From: Candidatus Omnitrophota bacterium
Lineage (GTDB): Bacteria > Omnitrophota > Gorgyraeia > JAHJTE01
Reading direction: 5' to 3'
DNA length: 64,000 nucleotides
NCBI GenBank assembly: GCA_018830005.1
Contig: JAHJTE010000001.1
Coordinates: 193,332 to 257,331, forward strand
The notes below the pieces were generated by a model. It was not told the DNA's origin. It did no database searches and was given only the letters and a program-made list of their open reading frames with translations. A program made the translations under genes and the position numbers. Position 1 is the stretch's first letter, and each line of letters begins with the position of its first letter. Below, in pieces: positions 56,103-64,000 of this stretch.

Positions 56103-58347
56103 GAAGTTAAAAGAAGACATTGAAGTTAATGAGAGAGGGCTAGAGGTCCCTTGTCAGGATAGCAAGCTTTCACAACTATGCTGTGAGTATTCTGATTTAC
56201 TGCCCTGTTGTAATGCCCTTATCCCAAGGGGAAAACGTTTTAGGGACCGGGCTAAAATATTATGGGGTAAGGTGAGTTTTCTAGACCTTTTTGAACTAAA
56301 GAAGGAACTTCTAAAAACAGATTATTTTAAATTTAAAACAACAAGTTGGTGCATGTTTCCAGTCTTAAAAAAAGGCGATACGTTAAAGATTGAATCTTGT
56401 AGTTTGAATGATTTAAAAATAGGTGAAATACCAGTTTATCGTAGAAATAATAGATTATATTCACATCGAATTGTGGATAAGCATATTCTAGAAGGAAAGG
56501 AGCGGATAATAACAAGACCAGATACAGCTAAGGTCAGGAAGGGCCTCTTGCAAGAAGAGCTAGAAGAGGAGGATTTATTAGGCAAAGTAAGGGAAGTAGA
56601 AAGAGACAAAAAGAGATTTCCTCTAGAAAAAAGGGAAGCTAATTTTTGGGAGAAATTCTTATACACCAGACATAAACTCTCCTTGGCTTTATTGAAATTA
56701 TTGTCTCGTGTTTCTATGAAAACTTTAACATGCATTCAATCTCTTTGGATTTATAGATGGTTAGGAAAAAAGCTAATTAAAAGATTGGAACCCAATATAG
56801 ATTTCCAACTCGCCACACCCTCAAGGCACAAGTTAGAAATATATGAATATACACCATTAGAAAAAAGAGATAATTTTCGACCAAGAGAATATAAAAATTT
56901 TCATATTATTATGAAATCAAAAGATACGCCTATAGGATGCATTACATTCTTGAACAGAGATAAGAATTGTCCATATACAGGTTTTTGGTTAGCTGAGCTG
57001 TGGATCAGGCTTAGATATAGAGGGCTGGGCCTGGAGTCGTTTTTAGTCAACAGAGCGCAAGATTTTTTAAGAGAACGCGACCTAGAGCACATTTCTTATC
57101 CAAGGCCTCCTGTTGTGCTAAAGCGTTCTTTTTTGAGGGCTCCGCTTTATTTTAACAGCCAGGAGTTATTGATTGTTTTATCCAAGGATAAAACAGATGA
57201 AGATCTGACTAAGAGGGCACTTAGCCTTATCAGGGCCGGAATTGATTGGGATGTATTTTACAAGTTAGTTATAGCCAGTGGCAAACCCGCGGCTATAATG
57301 AAACATATAAAGTTTTTAAGTGGTCTTGAGGCGGTTGGTCATTCTGCAATTGACAGATTAAAGGGAGCCTTCTTTGATACGATTGACTCTACTACACGAA
57401 ATCACAGGCAGTTATTGGATATACTCAAGGAGTTCTCAAAAGCAAAAATTAGCGTTATTCCTTTAAAAGGTACATATTTATCCCAAAGACTCTACGGAGA
57501 TATCTCACTGCGAGGAAAGAATCTAGATATTGATTTGTTGATAAAAGAGCAGGATATAGAGAGGGCAACGGCTTTATTGAAAGGATTAGGCTATAAAGAA
57601 AGACCAGAAGAAGAAATTAGCATCTGGCGTTGGCAGAAGACATTCTCTAAAGAAGGTTTTGCCTTTCTAGAGTTACAGTGGGATATTACAATGATGCTTA
57701 GAGACAGCCAGAGGATAGAAGGGTTATGGCAAAGCGCTGATAATGTCAAGATTCATTTAGAAGGAGTAGACTTGAATATTTGTCAATGGGACAATGAAGC
57801 GCTCCTTCTTTATCTTTGCGTAACTTTAATTAATAGTAGTGGTTATAGAGATTTAAGATATTTCTTTGATATTTTTCAATTGCTAGAGAACACAAGCACA
57901 TCTTTTGACTGGGGTGCTTTTATTAAAAAGGCTAGAAGATACAAGATTAATAATTCTGTATTTGCCAGCTTGCTAAAAGCAAATGAAATCCTGAATGCAA
58001 AAGTTCCCAAGCCTGTGTTAGAGGAGTTAAAGCCGTCTTTCTTAAAAGGAATATTAATACGTATTTTCTTAAGCCGGAGTGTGATATTTACTGATAATCT
58101 AAGAAGAAGGTTTATGGATAATTTTTTAAGTTATATCTTTTTTGAGCTGCTTGAGGCAAATTCAGCTAGAGATTACCTAAGGATCGTAAAAAGAGTAATG
58201 TTTCCGCCTCGGGAGCTTCTAGAGATTCGCTTTGATAATCCAGCTTCGGCAAGAATTAGTATTTCCTCAAATTGGCAATATTCTCTCTGCGTCCTAAAGA
58301 GGCTTTGTAAGTCTTTCAGTCTCATAGGGAGAATTCTTGTAAGATAA
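56095..58347 (+). CDS. Three-domain protein: Cys-rich N-terminal segment + S24/S26-like peptidase + GNAT-like acetyltransferase + nucleotidyltransferase-family (PF14907-like) domain
   Basis: 'PCQDSKLSQLCCEYSDLLPCCNAL'; 'TTSWCMFPVLKKGDTLKI…YSHRIVDK' (S26-like); 'RLRYRGLGLESFLVNRA' (GNAT motif A-like); C-terminal 'GKNLDIDLLIKEQD' NTase-like; 8-nt overlap with MTase gene. Confidence 0.5.
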   Translation: MDKKLKEDIEVNERGLEVPCQDSKLSQLCCEYSDLLPCCNALIPRGKRFRDRAKILWGKVSFLDLFELKKELLKTDYFKFKTTSWCMFPVLKKGDTLKIESCSLNDLKIGEIPVYRRNNRLYSHRIVDKHILEGKERIITRPDTAKVRKGLLQEELEEEDLLGKVREVERDKKRFPLEKREANFWEKFLYTRHKLSLALLKLLSRVSMKTLTCIQSLWIYRWLGKKLIKRLEPNIDFQLATPSRHKLEIYEYTPLEKRDNFRPREYKNFHIIMKSKDTPIGCITFLNRDKNCPYTGFWLAELWIRLRYRGLGLESFLVNRAQDFLRERDLEHISYPRPPVVLKRSFLRAPLYFNSQELLIVLSKDKTDEDLTKRALSLIRAGIDWDVFYKLVIASGKPAAIMKHIKFLSGLEAVGHSAIDRLKGAFFDTIDSTTRNHRQLLDILKEFSKAKISVIPLKGTYLSQRLYGDISLRGKNLDIDLLIKEQDIERATALLKGLGYKERPEEEISIWRWQKTFSKEGFAFLELQWDITMMLRDSQRIEGLWQSADNVKIHLEGVDLNICQWDNEALLLYLCVTLINSSGYRDLRYFFDIFQLLENTSTSFDWGAFIKKARRYKINNSVFASLLKANEILNAKVPKPVLEELKPSFLKGILIRIFLSRSVIFTDNLRRRFMDNFLSYIFFELLEANSARDYLRIVKRVMFPPRELLEIRFDNPASARISISSNWQYSLCVLKRLCKSFSLIGRILVR

Positions 58348-58471
58348 AAAGCCCAGCCCTCAAGACAGCTCTAAGATAAAAATGCTTTAATCTTCCTTGT
58401 TTTTAAGCAATGGGAGTTGTCAATAACCTATTATCTTGCCAAAGTTTGCGACAGAAAAACCTTGACACTTC

Positions 58472-58500
58472 TTGATAGCTAGATTAAACTTAAATATAAT
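58472..58500 (+). promoter_or_regulatory. sigma70-type promoter TTGATA (58472-58477) - 17 nt - TATAAT (58495-58500) upstream of the ExeA-like gene
   Basis: Consensus hexamers with 17-nt spacer; about 50 nt upstream of ATG 58550. Confidence 0.5.
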
Positions 58501-58549
58501 AGTGTAAGTATATTCAGGCCATTGAATATAAGTGAGGCTAGGAGCGCTA

Positions 58550-59395
58550 ATGTATACAGAATATTGGTCAATTAAAGACAAGCCGTTTGAAAATACTCCT
58601 GACCCGCGTTTTATCTACTATTCCTCTAAACACGAAGAGGCATTAAGCCGTATGCTTTATTGCATTAGAGAGAAGAAGGGTGCGGGTATGCTTACAGGAG
58701 ATTATGGCTCAGGTAAAACTCTTCTTTCTCGAGTTTTACTTAAAGAGTTGAAGACGGAAAGATATACCGATGTATTAATTTTTAATCCAGTCCTAAGCCC
58801 TATTGAATTTTTGAAAGAGATAGCCTATCAGTTGGGCCAGGATTCTGTTCCGGATAATAAGGTGGATATTATTCACGTTCTAAACGGTCTTCTTTATGAA
58901 AATTACACTAAGGGTAAAGATACAATAATTTTGATTGATGAGGCACAGACAATTGTAAGTGATGAGGTGTTTGAGGAATTACGTCTTATATTGAATTTTC
59001 AGCTTAATAACGCCTTTTTATTGACGCTGATTCTTATTGGACAGCCAGAGTTGGTTAAAAAGATAAATAAGATACCCCAACTAAGTCAACGCATAGCAAT
59101 AAGGTATTTTCTCTCTAGTCTTGAGGAAACAGAGACATATGAATATATAAAGCATAGGTTAAACGTTGTCGGAAGAGAAAAGAATATATTTGACGAGTCT
59201 GCCTTAAGGTTAATTTTTAGGGTCTCACGCGGGATACCGCGGGTCGTCAATAATATCTGTGATATGTCGTTGTTGGTTGGTTTTGGCGCAAAGAAAGAAT
59301 TGATTGATGAGGTAGTTGTGCGCGAAGTCATCAGAGATATGGAGGATGGCCACAGTAAAGAGGCAAACCCCACTCCTTTACATCGATTGTATTAG
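58550..59395 (+). CDS. ExeA-like AAA ATPase (general secretion pathway protein A / PEP-CTERM-locus-type ATPase); start at MYTEYW with SD TAGGAG
   Basis: 'FIYYSSKHEEALSRMLYCIREKKGAGMLTGDYGSGKTLL', Walker B 'ILIDEAQ'. Confidence 0.75.
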   Translation: MYTEYWSIKDKPFENTPDPRFIYYSSKHEEALSRMLYCIREKKGAGMLTGDYGSGKTLLSRVLLKELKTERYTDVLIFNPVLSPIEFLKEIAYQLGQDSVPDNKVDIIHVLNGLLYENYTKGKDTIILIDEAQTIVSDEVFEELRLILNFQLNNAFLLTLILIGQPELVKKINKIPQLSQRIAIRYFLSSLEETETYEYIKHRLNVVGREKNIFDESALRLIFRVSRGIPRVVNNICDMSLLVGFGAKKELIDEVVVREVIRDMEDGHSKEANPTPLHRLY

Positions 59396-59427
59396 AACAT
59401 TAGCTAACCCAGGATAAGACGAAGCTT

Positions 59428-60564
59428 ATGATTAGAATAGCAGATATACTCGGAAATTCTTCGGAAGAAGATAAGCCAAGAAAAGAGAAACAAGAACAAG
59501 GAAAACAAAAAGACGCAACTCCACCTCCAAATGTTGAACTTATTAAAGGCAAATCCCAAACCCCGCCTTTTCCGTCTAAACCATACTCCCCTTTAAAACA
59601 GGAACAAGAAGAACCTTCCCTAATAGAGCTATCTAAGTCAATGCTGGATAAAGTGAAGTTAGAAGGCCTCGAGGAATCCAGAGGTCTATATAATAAATTA
59701 GCTACTTCTCTAAAGGGCGTATGTGACACTTTGGCTTCTGGAGGAGATATTGATTTAACTACAGCTAATGATAACTTGAGTGCACTTATTGATCAGCTTG
59801 CCCTAGGCAATGAAGAATTCAAGACTTTAACTAATTCGCCTTACGAAGGTGAATATTTGTATGCTCATATGGTTAACGTTAGTATACTTTCTATCTTAAT
59901 AGGTGTGCAGGCAGGTTTTAACAAATCCCGATTATTAGAGTTATCTTCGGGTGCGCTTTTACATGATGTAGGTTTAATTAAATTCCGAGAGATAATTAAT
60001 GCTCCGCGAAAATTGACAAAGGAAGAATACGAACAGATTAAACAACACACTATTCTTGGGGCCGAGATTTTGAAAGACTGCAAAGGCATCTCTAAAGGGA
60101 TCCTCTCTATTATATCAGGCCACCATGAGCGCTTGGACGGGTCAGGTTATCCTAAGAGACTTAAGGCCCAGGATATCGAAGATAATGCTCAGATTGTAGC
60201 CCTTGTTAATGCCTATGAATCTTTAACCCATAAGCGGCCTTTTAGGGATAGGATTTTAAATAGCAAGGCTATGCGTCTAATGGTTGAGCAAAAGAAAACG
60301 TTCAGATCTGACTTTCTAAAATTATTTATTGAAGCGATTTCCATTTATCCTTTGAATTGCTGGGTAAGGTTAAGCTCGGATGAAATAGCTAAAGTTGTTG
60401 GTATCAATAGGGCCTTCCTCTTAAAACCCAAGGTAGAAATTTTCTTTGATAAGAAGAATAAGAGGCTGGATTCGACAAAGATTATTGATTTGAGTAAACA
60501 GCCTAACATCTATGTTAAAGAAGAGATCCCGCAAGAGGCTGTTGAATTTAAGTTAGAGGATTAG
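59428..60564 (+). CDS. HD-GYP domain protein (putative c-di-GMP phosphodiesterase) with low-complexity N-terminus
   Basis: 'LLHDVGLIKF' HD motif and 'GHHERLDGSGYP' GYP motif. Confidence 0.8.
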   Translation: MIRIADILGNSSEEDKPRKEKQEQGKQKDATPPPNVELIKGKSQTPPFPSKPYSPLKQEQEEPSLIELSKSMLDKVKLEGLEESRGLYNKLATSLKGVCDTLASGGDIDLTTANDNLSALIDQLALGNEEFKTLTNSPYEGEYLYAHMVNVSILSILIGVQAGFNKSRLLELSSGALLHDVGLIKFREIINAPRKLTKEEYEQIKQHTILGAEILKDCKGISKGILSIISGHHERLDGSGYPKRLKAQDIEDNAQIVALVNAYESLTHKRPFRDRILNSKAMRLMVEQKKTFRSDFLKLFIEAISIYPLNCWVRLSSDEIAKVVGINRAFLLKPKVEIFFDKKNKRLDSTKIIDLSKQPNIYVKEEIPQEAVEFKLED

Positions 60565-60566
60565 TT

Positions 60567-61613
60567 ATGTATAAAATATTTACAGTTTCAATCCTTATTT
60601 TGGGAGTGAGTTTATTTATTGGTTGTGCCGGATTCAACGATCAGTTAAGGCAATCTAGCCTTGGGGACTTGCCTGATATTGATATATCAGAAGAGATATC
60701 GAATAATTTTGAATACACTATAGGAGATTTCGATGTTTTACAAATTAAAGTCTGGCAAGGCATAACCAAGCCCAAGAGAAAAACGAATAAGCAGGCTTTG
60801 GGCGATAGCGAATATCTGATAGCTAAAGGTGATACGCTTAATATCTATGTATGGCAGTGGGCAGAACTTTACCGGGATGTTATCGTACGTCCTGATGGCA
60901 GGATTTCTTTTCCTTTGGTTGGGGATATAATTGTTGAAGGTATAACCTTAACCGAGCTTGACGAGATAATTACTGAGCTGCTTAAAGAATATATTAGATA
61001 TCCTGAGGTTTCTATTATGATTATTGGTTTTGGTCAGAGCAGTTTTGGCACAAAGAATATATTCGAAGATATTCCGGGAGAGGTAATCGTGCGGCCTGAT
61101 GGCAGGATTTCTTTTCCTTTTGTAGGCGAGGTTATGGCCAGAGGCATGACCTTACGTGAATTGGACGATAGACTTACACAAGAGTTAAGTACTTTTATAG
61201 ATTCTCCTGAAGTCTATGTTAATTTGTCGGGGATTGGAGGCAAGAGAGTCATTGTCTTAGGCGAAGTAACTAATCCTGGCGTATTTAAACCAAAGGACAA
61301 TGCAAGACTTCTTGATGTTATTGCTATGGCAGAAGGATATACCGATGATGCTGCTTTAAATAGCGTTATCTTAATCAGGGGCGGGTTAGATAAACCTCAA
61401 GCAAAGAGGATCAATTTAGTTAATATTATCAAGAAGGGTAATTTAAAAGATAATATCTATATCCAGGCAGAGGATATTATTTATATACCAAAGACCTTTA
61501 TTTCTGATCTTAATTATGCCCTTGAGCAACTCATAGGTCCATTGGTGAGTTCGGGATCAGCAGTTACTAGTATTAAGACAATTAGAGGACGAACAACGCC
61601 TGATGTGAATTAA
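60567..61613 (+). CDS. Polysaccharide export lipoprotein (Wza/Poly_export + SLBB family) with internally duplicated export domain
   Basis: Lipobox 'LFIGCAG'; two copies of 'V(I)VRPDGRISFP(L/F)VG(D/E)…G(I/M)TL(T/R)ELD'; DNA repeat 60885-60926 vs 61089-61130. Confidence 0.8.
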   Translation: MYKIFTVSILILGVSLFIGCAGFNDQLRQSSLGDLPDIDISEEISNNFEYTIGDFDVLQIKVWQGITKPKRKTNKQALGDSEYLIAKGDTLNIYVWQWAELYRDVIVRPDGRISFPLVGDIIVEGITLTELDEIITELLKEYIRYPEVSIMIIGFGQSSFGTKNIFEDIPGEVIVRPDGRISFPFVGEVMARGMTLRELDDRLTQELSTFIDSPEVYVNLSGIGGKRVIVLGEVTNPGVFKPKDNARLLDVIAMAEGYTDDAALNSVILIRGGLDKPQAKRINLVNIIKKGNLKDNIYIQAEDIIYIPKTFISDLNYALEQLIGPLVSSGSAVTSIKTIRGRTTPDVN

Positions 61614-61624
61614 GTTAAAAGTTT

Positions 61625-63541
61625 ATGCCTACATACGAATTAAATTTTAGAGATTATTTACGCATTTTACATAAAAGATACTGGATAATCTTAGTCTCTG
61701 TTATTGTTTCCACTCTAGTAGTAATAATAAAATCCGGTAAGCAAATACCTTTTTACCGTGCAGAGGCTACGGTGCGTATCGAAGAACGCAAGACCCTTGT
61801 AGGTACAATACTTGATAGGCCATTTTATTATGGCAGTCGTACAGATTATTTATCTTCTGAGATGAGGGTTATTAAGAGCCGGACAGTTGCCGAAGAGGTA
61901 GCTAGACGCCTGGGAAAGATTAAGGAAGATATGAGCAAGGAGCAAGTTGATGCAGTTGTATCAAGAATACAAGGCGGAATTTCAGTAGAACAAGTTTCCG
62001 AAGGGGATATGGAGACTGACCTGGCTAAGATTGTAGTAATAACAGCTGATGCAAAATTATCAGCGCAGATTGCCAATAAAACCGCTGAAGTTTATCAAGA
62101 GGAAAATCTCAAGCAAAAAAACAAAGAGATACGCCAAAGCAAGGAATTTGTGGAAAAGCAACTTGCTACAATCGAGGAAAAGTTAAGGGCGTCTGAAGAT
62201 GCACTTGCGAGGTTTAAACAAGAGGAACCGGCAAGCGAGATGGGGATGGATTTATCTCAAAGATTGACTACTTTGCAAGTGGAACTTACTGATCTTTTGA
62301 CCAGAGCTACTGAGAAACACCCAAACGTATTAAGATATAAAGAGGAGATTGAACGTATTCAGCAGCAGATGAAGAATTTGCCAGAAGGTGAAATTGAATT
62401 TTTACGTTTAAGGCGCGACGTAGAAGTTAATGATCAAATCTATAGAATGCTTCGGGACAGAGTTGAAGAAGCGAGGATTACAGAGGCAGGAAAGGTTTCA
62501 GATGTTACTGTAGTCAGCCTTGCAGGAGGAATGGGTTATGAGGTCGGGCCTGATAAAAAAAGGAACATATTAGTTGGTTTTATGTTGGGTGCCGTAATCG
62601 GACTTGTTTTAATGTTTACTATGGAAAATCTCGATACCTCCATTTCTACTATTGAAGATGTAGAATCCTACATAAAGTTACGTGTATTAGGGGTTATACC
62701 TTCTTTGAAAACAGAAAGAGACAGAAAACAGGAGGACAAAAATCGAGGCAAATTAAATGAGAGATCTTCTAATGTTTTTACAATATGTGATAATACTTCC
62801 TCTCCTTTTACTGAGGCATTTAGAATACTAAGGACGAATTTAAAAGTAGAAGAAAGTAAAAAACGGACAATCTTGGTTACTTCCACTGGACCACGCGAGG
62901 GAAAAACTACTGTTTTGATAGGGCTAGGCTTAGTTCTGTCACAGGTAGGTTTAAGGACGCTATTAATAGATACTGATTTAAGAAGGCCTGCTGTTTCGAA
63001 AGTCTTTGGCATAGAACGAGAACCAGGGATAAATGAGCTATTGGTTGGTACATCCAAAGGCATAGATAGTGTTGCCAAAAATTTTACGGACCTTCTGATT
63101 GGGGGATTGGGTTTTGATTATATTAGACATCAGCCAGGCCTGGAGAACCTTAATATTCTTACCAGCGGCTCTTTGACTAGCAATTCCTCTGAGCTTATAA
63201 GTTCGCCTAAGATGGAACGGTTAATTGGAGAATTCAAGGAAAGATACGATGTTGTTATTTTTGATTCTCCGCCAGCTTTATCAGTGACAGATGCTTCTAT
63301 TCTTTCCCGATACGTGGATGGAGTGGTTGTTGTTTATGAGATGGGCAGAACTAGCCGTGATGCATTACTGCGTACTAAAATTCAACTTGAATCTGTAGGA
63401 GCAAAAATTTTGGGCGTTGTCTTAAATCATACCCGACCGCAAACAGAATTTCAGACTAGTTATTACCCTTATTATCAGTCTTACAAGTATAAATATTATT
63501 ATACAGACAAGGAAAAACAAGAAAAGACCAAAGAAGGATGA
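61625..63541 (+). CDS. Fused chain-length determinant (Wzz-like) / tyrosine autokinase (Wzc/BY-kinase) with C-terminal tyrosine cluster
   Basis: TM 'YWIILVSVIVSTLVVII', coiled-coil periplasmic region, second TM, P-loop 'VTSTGPREGKTT', 'LLIDTDLRRP', 'VVIFDSPPA', Tyr tail 'YYPYYQSYKYKYYYT'. Confidence 0.8.
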   Translation: MPTYELNFRDYLRILHKRYWIILVSVIVSTLVVIIKSGKQIPFYRAEATVRIEERKTLVGTILDRPFYYGSRTDYLSSEMRVIKSRTVAEEVARRLGKIKEDMSKEQVDAVVSRIQGGISVEQVSEGDMETDLAKIVVITADAKLSAQIANKTAEVYQEENLKQKNKEIRQSKEFVEKQLATIEEKLRASEDALARFKQEEPASEMGMDLSQRLTTLQVELTDLLTRATEKHPNVLRYKEEIERIQQQMKNLPEGEIEFLRLRRDVEVNDQIYRMLRDRVEEARITEAGKVSDVTVVSLAGGMGYEVGPDKKRNILVGFMLGAVIGLVLMFTMENLDTSISTIEDVESYIKLRVLGVIPSLKTERDRKQEDKNRGKLNERSSNVFTICDNTSSPFTEAFRILRTNLKVEESKKRTILVTSTGPREGKTTVLIGLGLVLSQVGLRTLLIDTDLRRPAVSKVFGIEREPGINELLVGTSKGIDSVAKNFTDLLIGGLGFDYIRHQPGLENLNILTSGSLTSNSSELISSPKMERLIGEFKERYDVVIFDSPPALSVTDASILSRYVDGVVVVYEMGRTSRDALLRTKIQLESVGAKILGVVLNHTRPQTEFQTSYYPYYQSYKYKYYYTDKEKQEKTKEG

Positions 63542-63637
63542 TTTTATAGCTTACTAATAGAACAGATTGAAGGTATAAGAGTTTCGCTAATTAAAAAGAA
63601 GAGGGGATATAACCCTCTTTATTTTTAGGTTGTTCAA

Positions 63638-64000
63638 ATGATGCCGAAGGGTCTTGGTCAGGTCAATGTCACCGTATTAATTATCCTCGCCGTAGTCATC
63701 TTTTTATTCTTCTCCCTCTTTAATTCCTTTTTAGGTTTTAGTCCAGAGAATATGCTTCTATGGGTTTTAGTAATAGCCGTGTTACTCGTAACCCTTGTCA
63801 ATATCAATATCAGTTTGATAATCTTGATATTTTCTATGCTTCTTTCTCCAGAATTTGTTTTAGGCGAGCTAGGCGTAGCACGTCGTATCGTTATTCGTGT
63901 TGATGATATATTGTTATTGGTAGTTTGTTTTACTTGGTTAGTAAAGATGGCGATGAACAAACAACTAGGTCTATTAAAATTTACACCACTTCAAGTGCCT
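63638..64000 (+). CDS. Polytopic membrane protein, 5' partial (runs off window end); possibly O-antigen-ligase/exosortase-type EPS locus component
   Basis: ATG at 63638 after the Wzc stop; 121 codons of highly hydrophobic sequence 'VLIILAVVIFLFFSLF…LLWVLVIAVLLVTLV…' open to the window end; the reverse-strand ORF 63658-63960 is therefore probably spurious. Confidence 0.45.
   Translation, partial: MMPKGLGQVNVTVLIILAVVIFLFFSLFNSFLGFSPENMLLWVLVIAVLLVTLVNINISLIILIFSMLLSPEFVLGELGVARRIVIRVDDILLLVVCFTWLVKMAMNKQLGLLKFTPLQVP

Noticed and set aside
63658-63960. 100-aa minus-strand ORF at the window end
   Set aside because: The + strand carries an ATG (63638) followed by 121 codons of strongly hydrophobic membrane-protein-like sequence open to the window end. 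That is the more plausible gene.

Overview
This window is a densely coded stretch of a low-GC (roughly 38-40% by eye) bacterial chromosome with almost no intergenic space, and most genes are on the + strand. Many gene pairs overlap by 1-20 nt, including ATGA start/stop overlaps, which implies long operons with translational coupling. I saw no rRNA, tRNA, CRISPR array or classic IS/transposase. I cannot assign taxonomy from sequence alone. The gene content (four-subunit PFOR, a Firmicutes-like ywlC-ywlE-rpiB-glyA arrangement, an exosortase/PEP-CTERM-style EPS locus, many radical-SAM genes) and the base composition fit an uncultivated lineage such as a candidate phylum, but that is a guess.

The window falls into three parts:
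1. Positions 1-36,200 are core metabolism and housekeeping.
- The purine operon runs purC(3' end)-purL-LOG-purF-purM-purD-purE.
- Next comes a TsaC/YrdC::LMW-PTP fusion, then rpiB and glyA, then dCMP deaminase and nrdR.
- An RNA-end-processing group follows: bifunctional nuclease, CCA-adding enzyme, NUDIX fusion, RtcA and an EndoIII-like protein.
- Then ychF, a CaCA exchanger, a repeat-containing coiled-coil protein, TrmH, RmuC, YfiH, flavodoxin, and cutA-ccdA-tlpA.
- Then the por operon (porGDAB) behind a consensus sigma70-like promoter, MscS, a GT9, a ferredoxin, and a minus-strand B12-rSAM/ppiD pair.
2. Positions about 36,280-58,350 form an accessory island of roughly 22 kb that looks like a large, unusual peptide-modification (RiPP-like) system. 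It contains:
- seven radical SAM/SPASM-type enzymes;
- four PqqD/RRE-like domains, one fused to a Cys-rich tail and one fused to a GT4 glycosyltransferase;
- two HprK-related kinases;
- two S24/S26-peptidase::nucleotidyltransferase(PF14907-like) proteins;
- three GT4 glycosyltransferases;
- an ABC exporter and a SAM methyltransferase;
- an unannotated 44-codon ORF (45156-45290) with a strong RBS that is a candidate precursor peptide;
- a tandem duplicated GT4+rSAM unit with mosaic near-identical DNA blocks.
3. Positions 58,470 to the end hold an EPS/Wza-Wzc-type export locus.
- It has an ExeA-like ATPase, an HD-GYP protein, a Wza-like lipoprotein, and a Wzc-like tyrosine autokinase with a Tyr-rich tail.
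- A membrane-protein gene is truncated by the window end.
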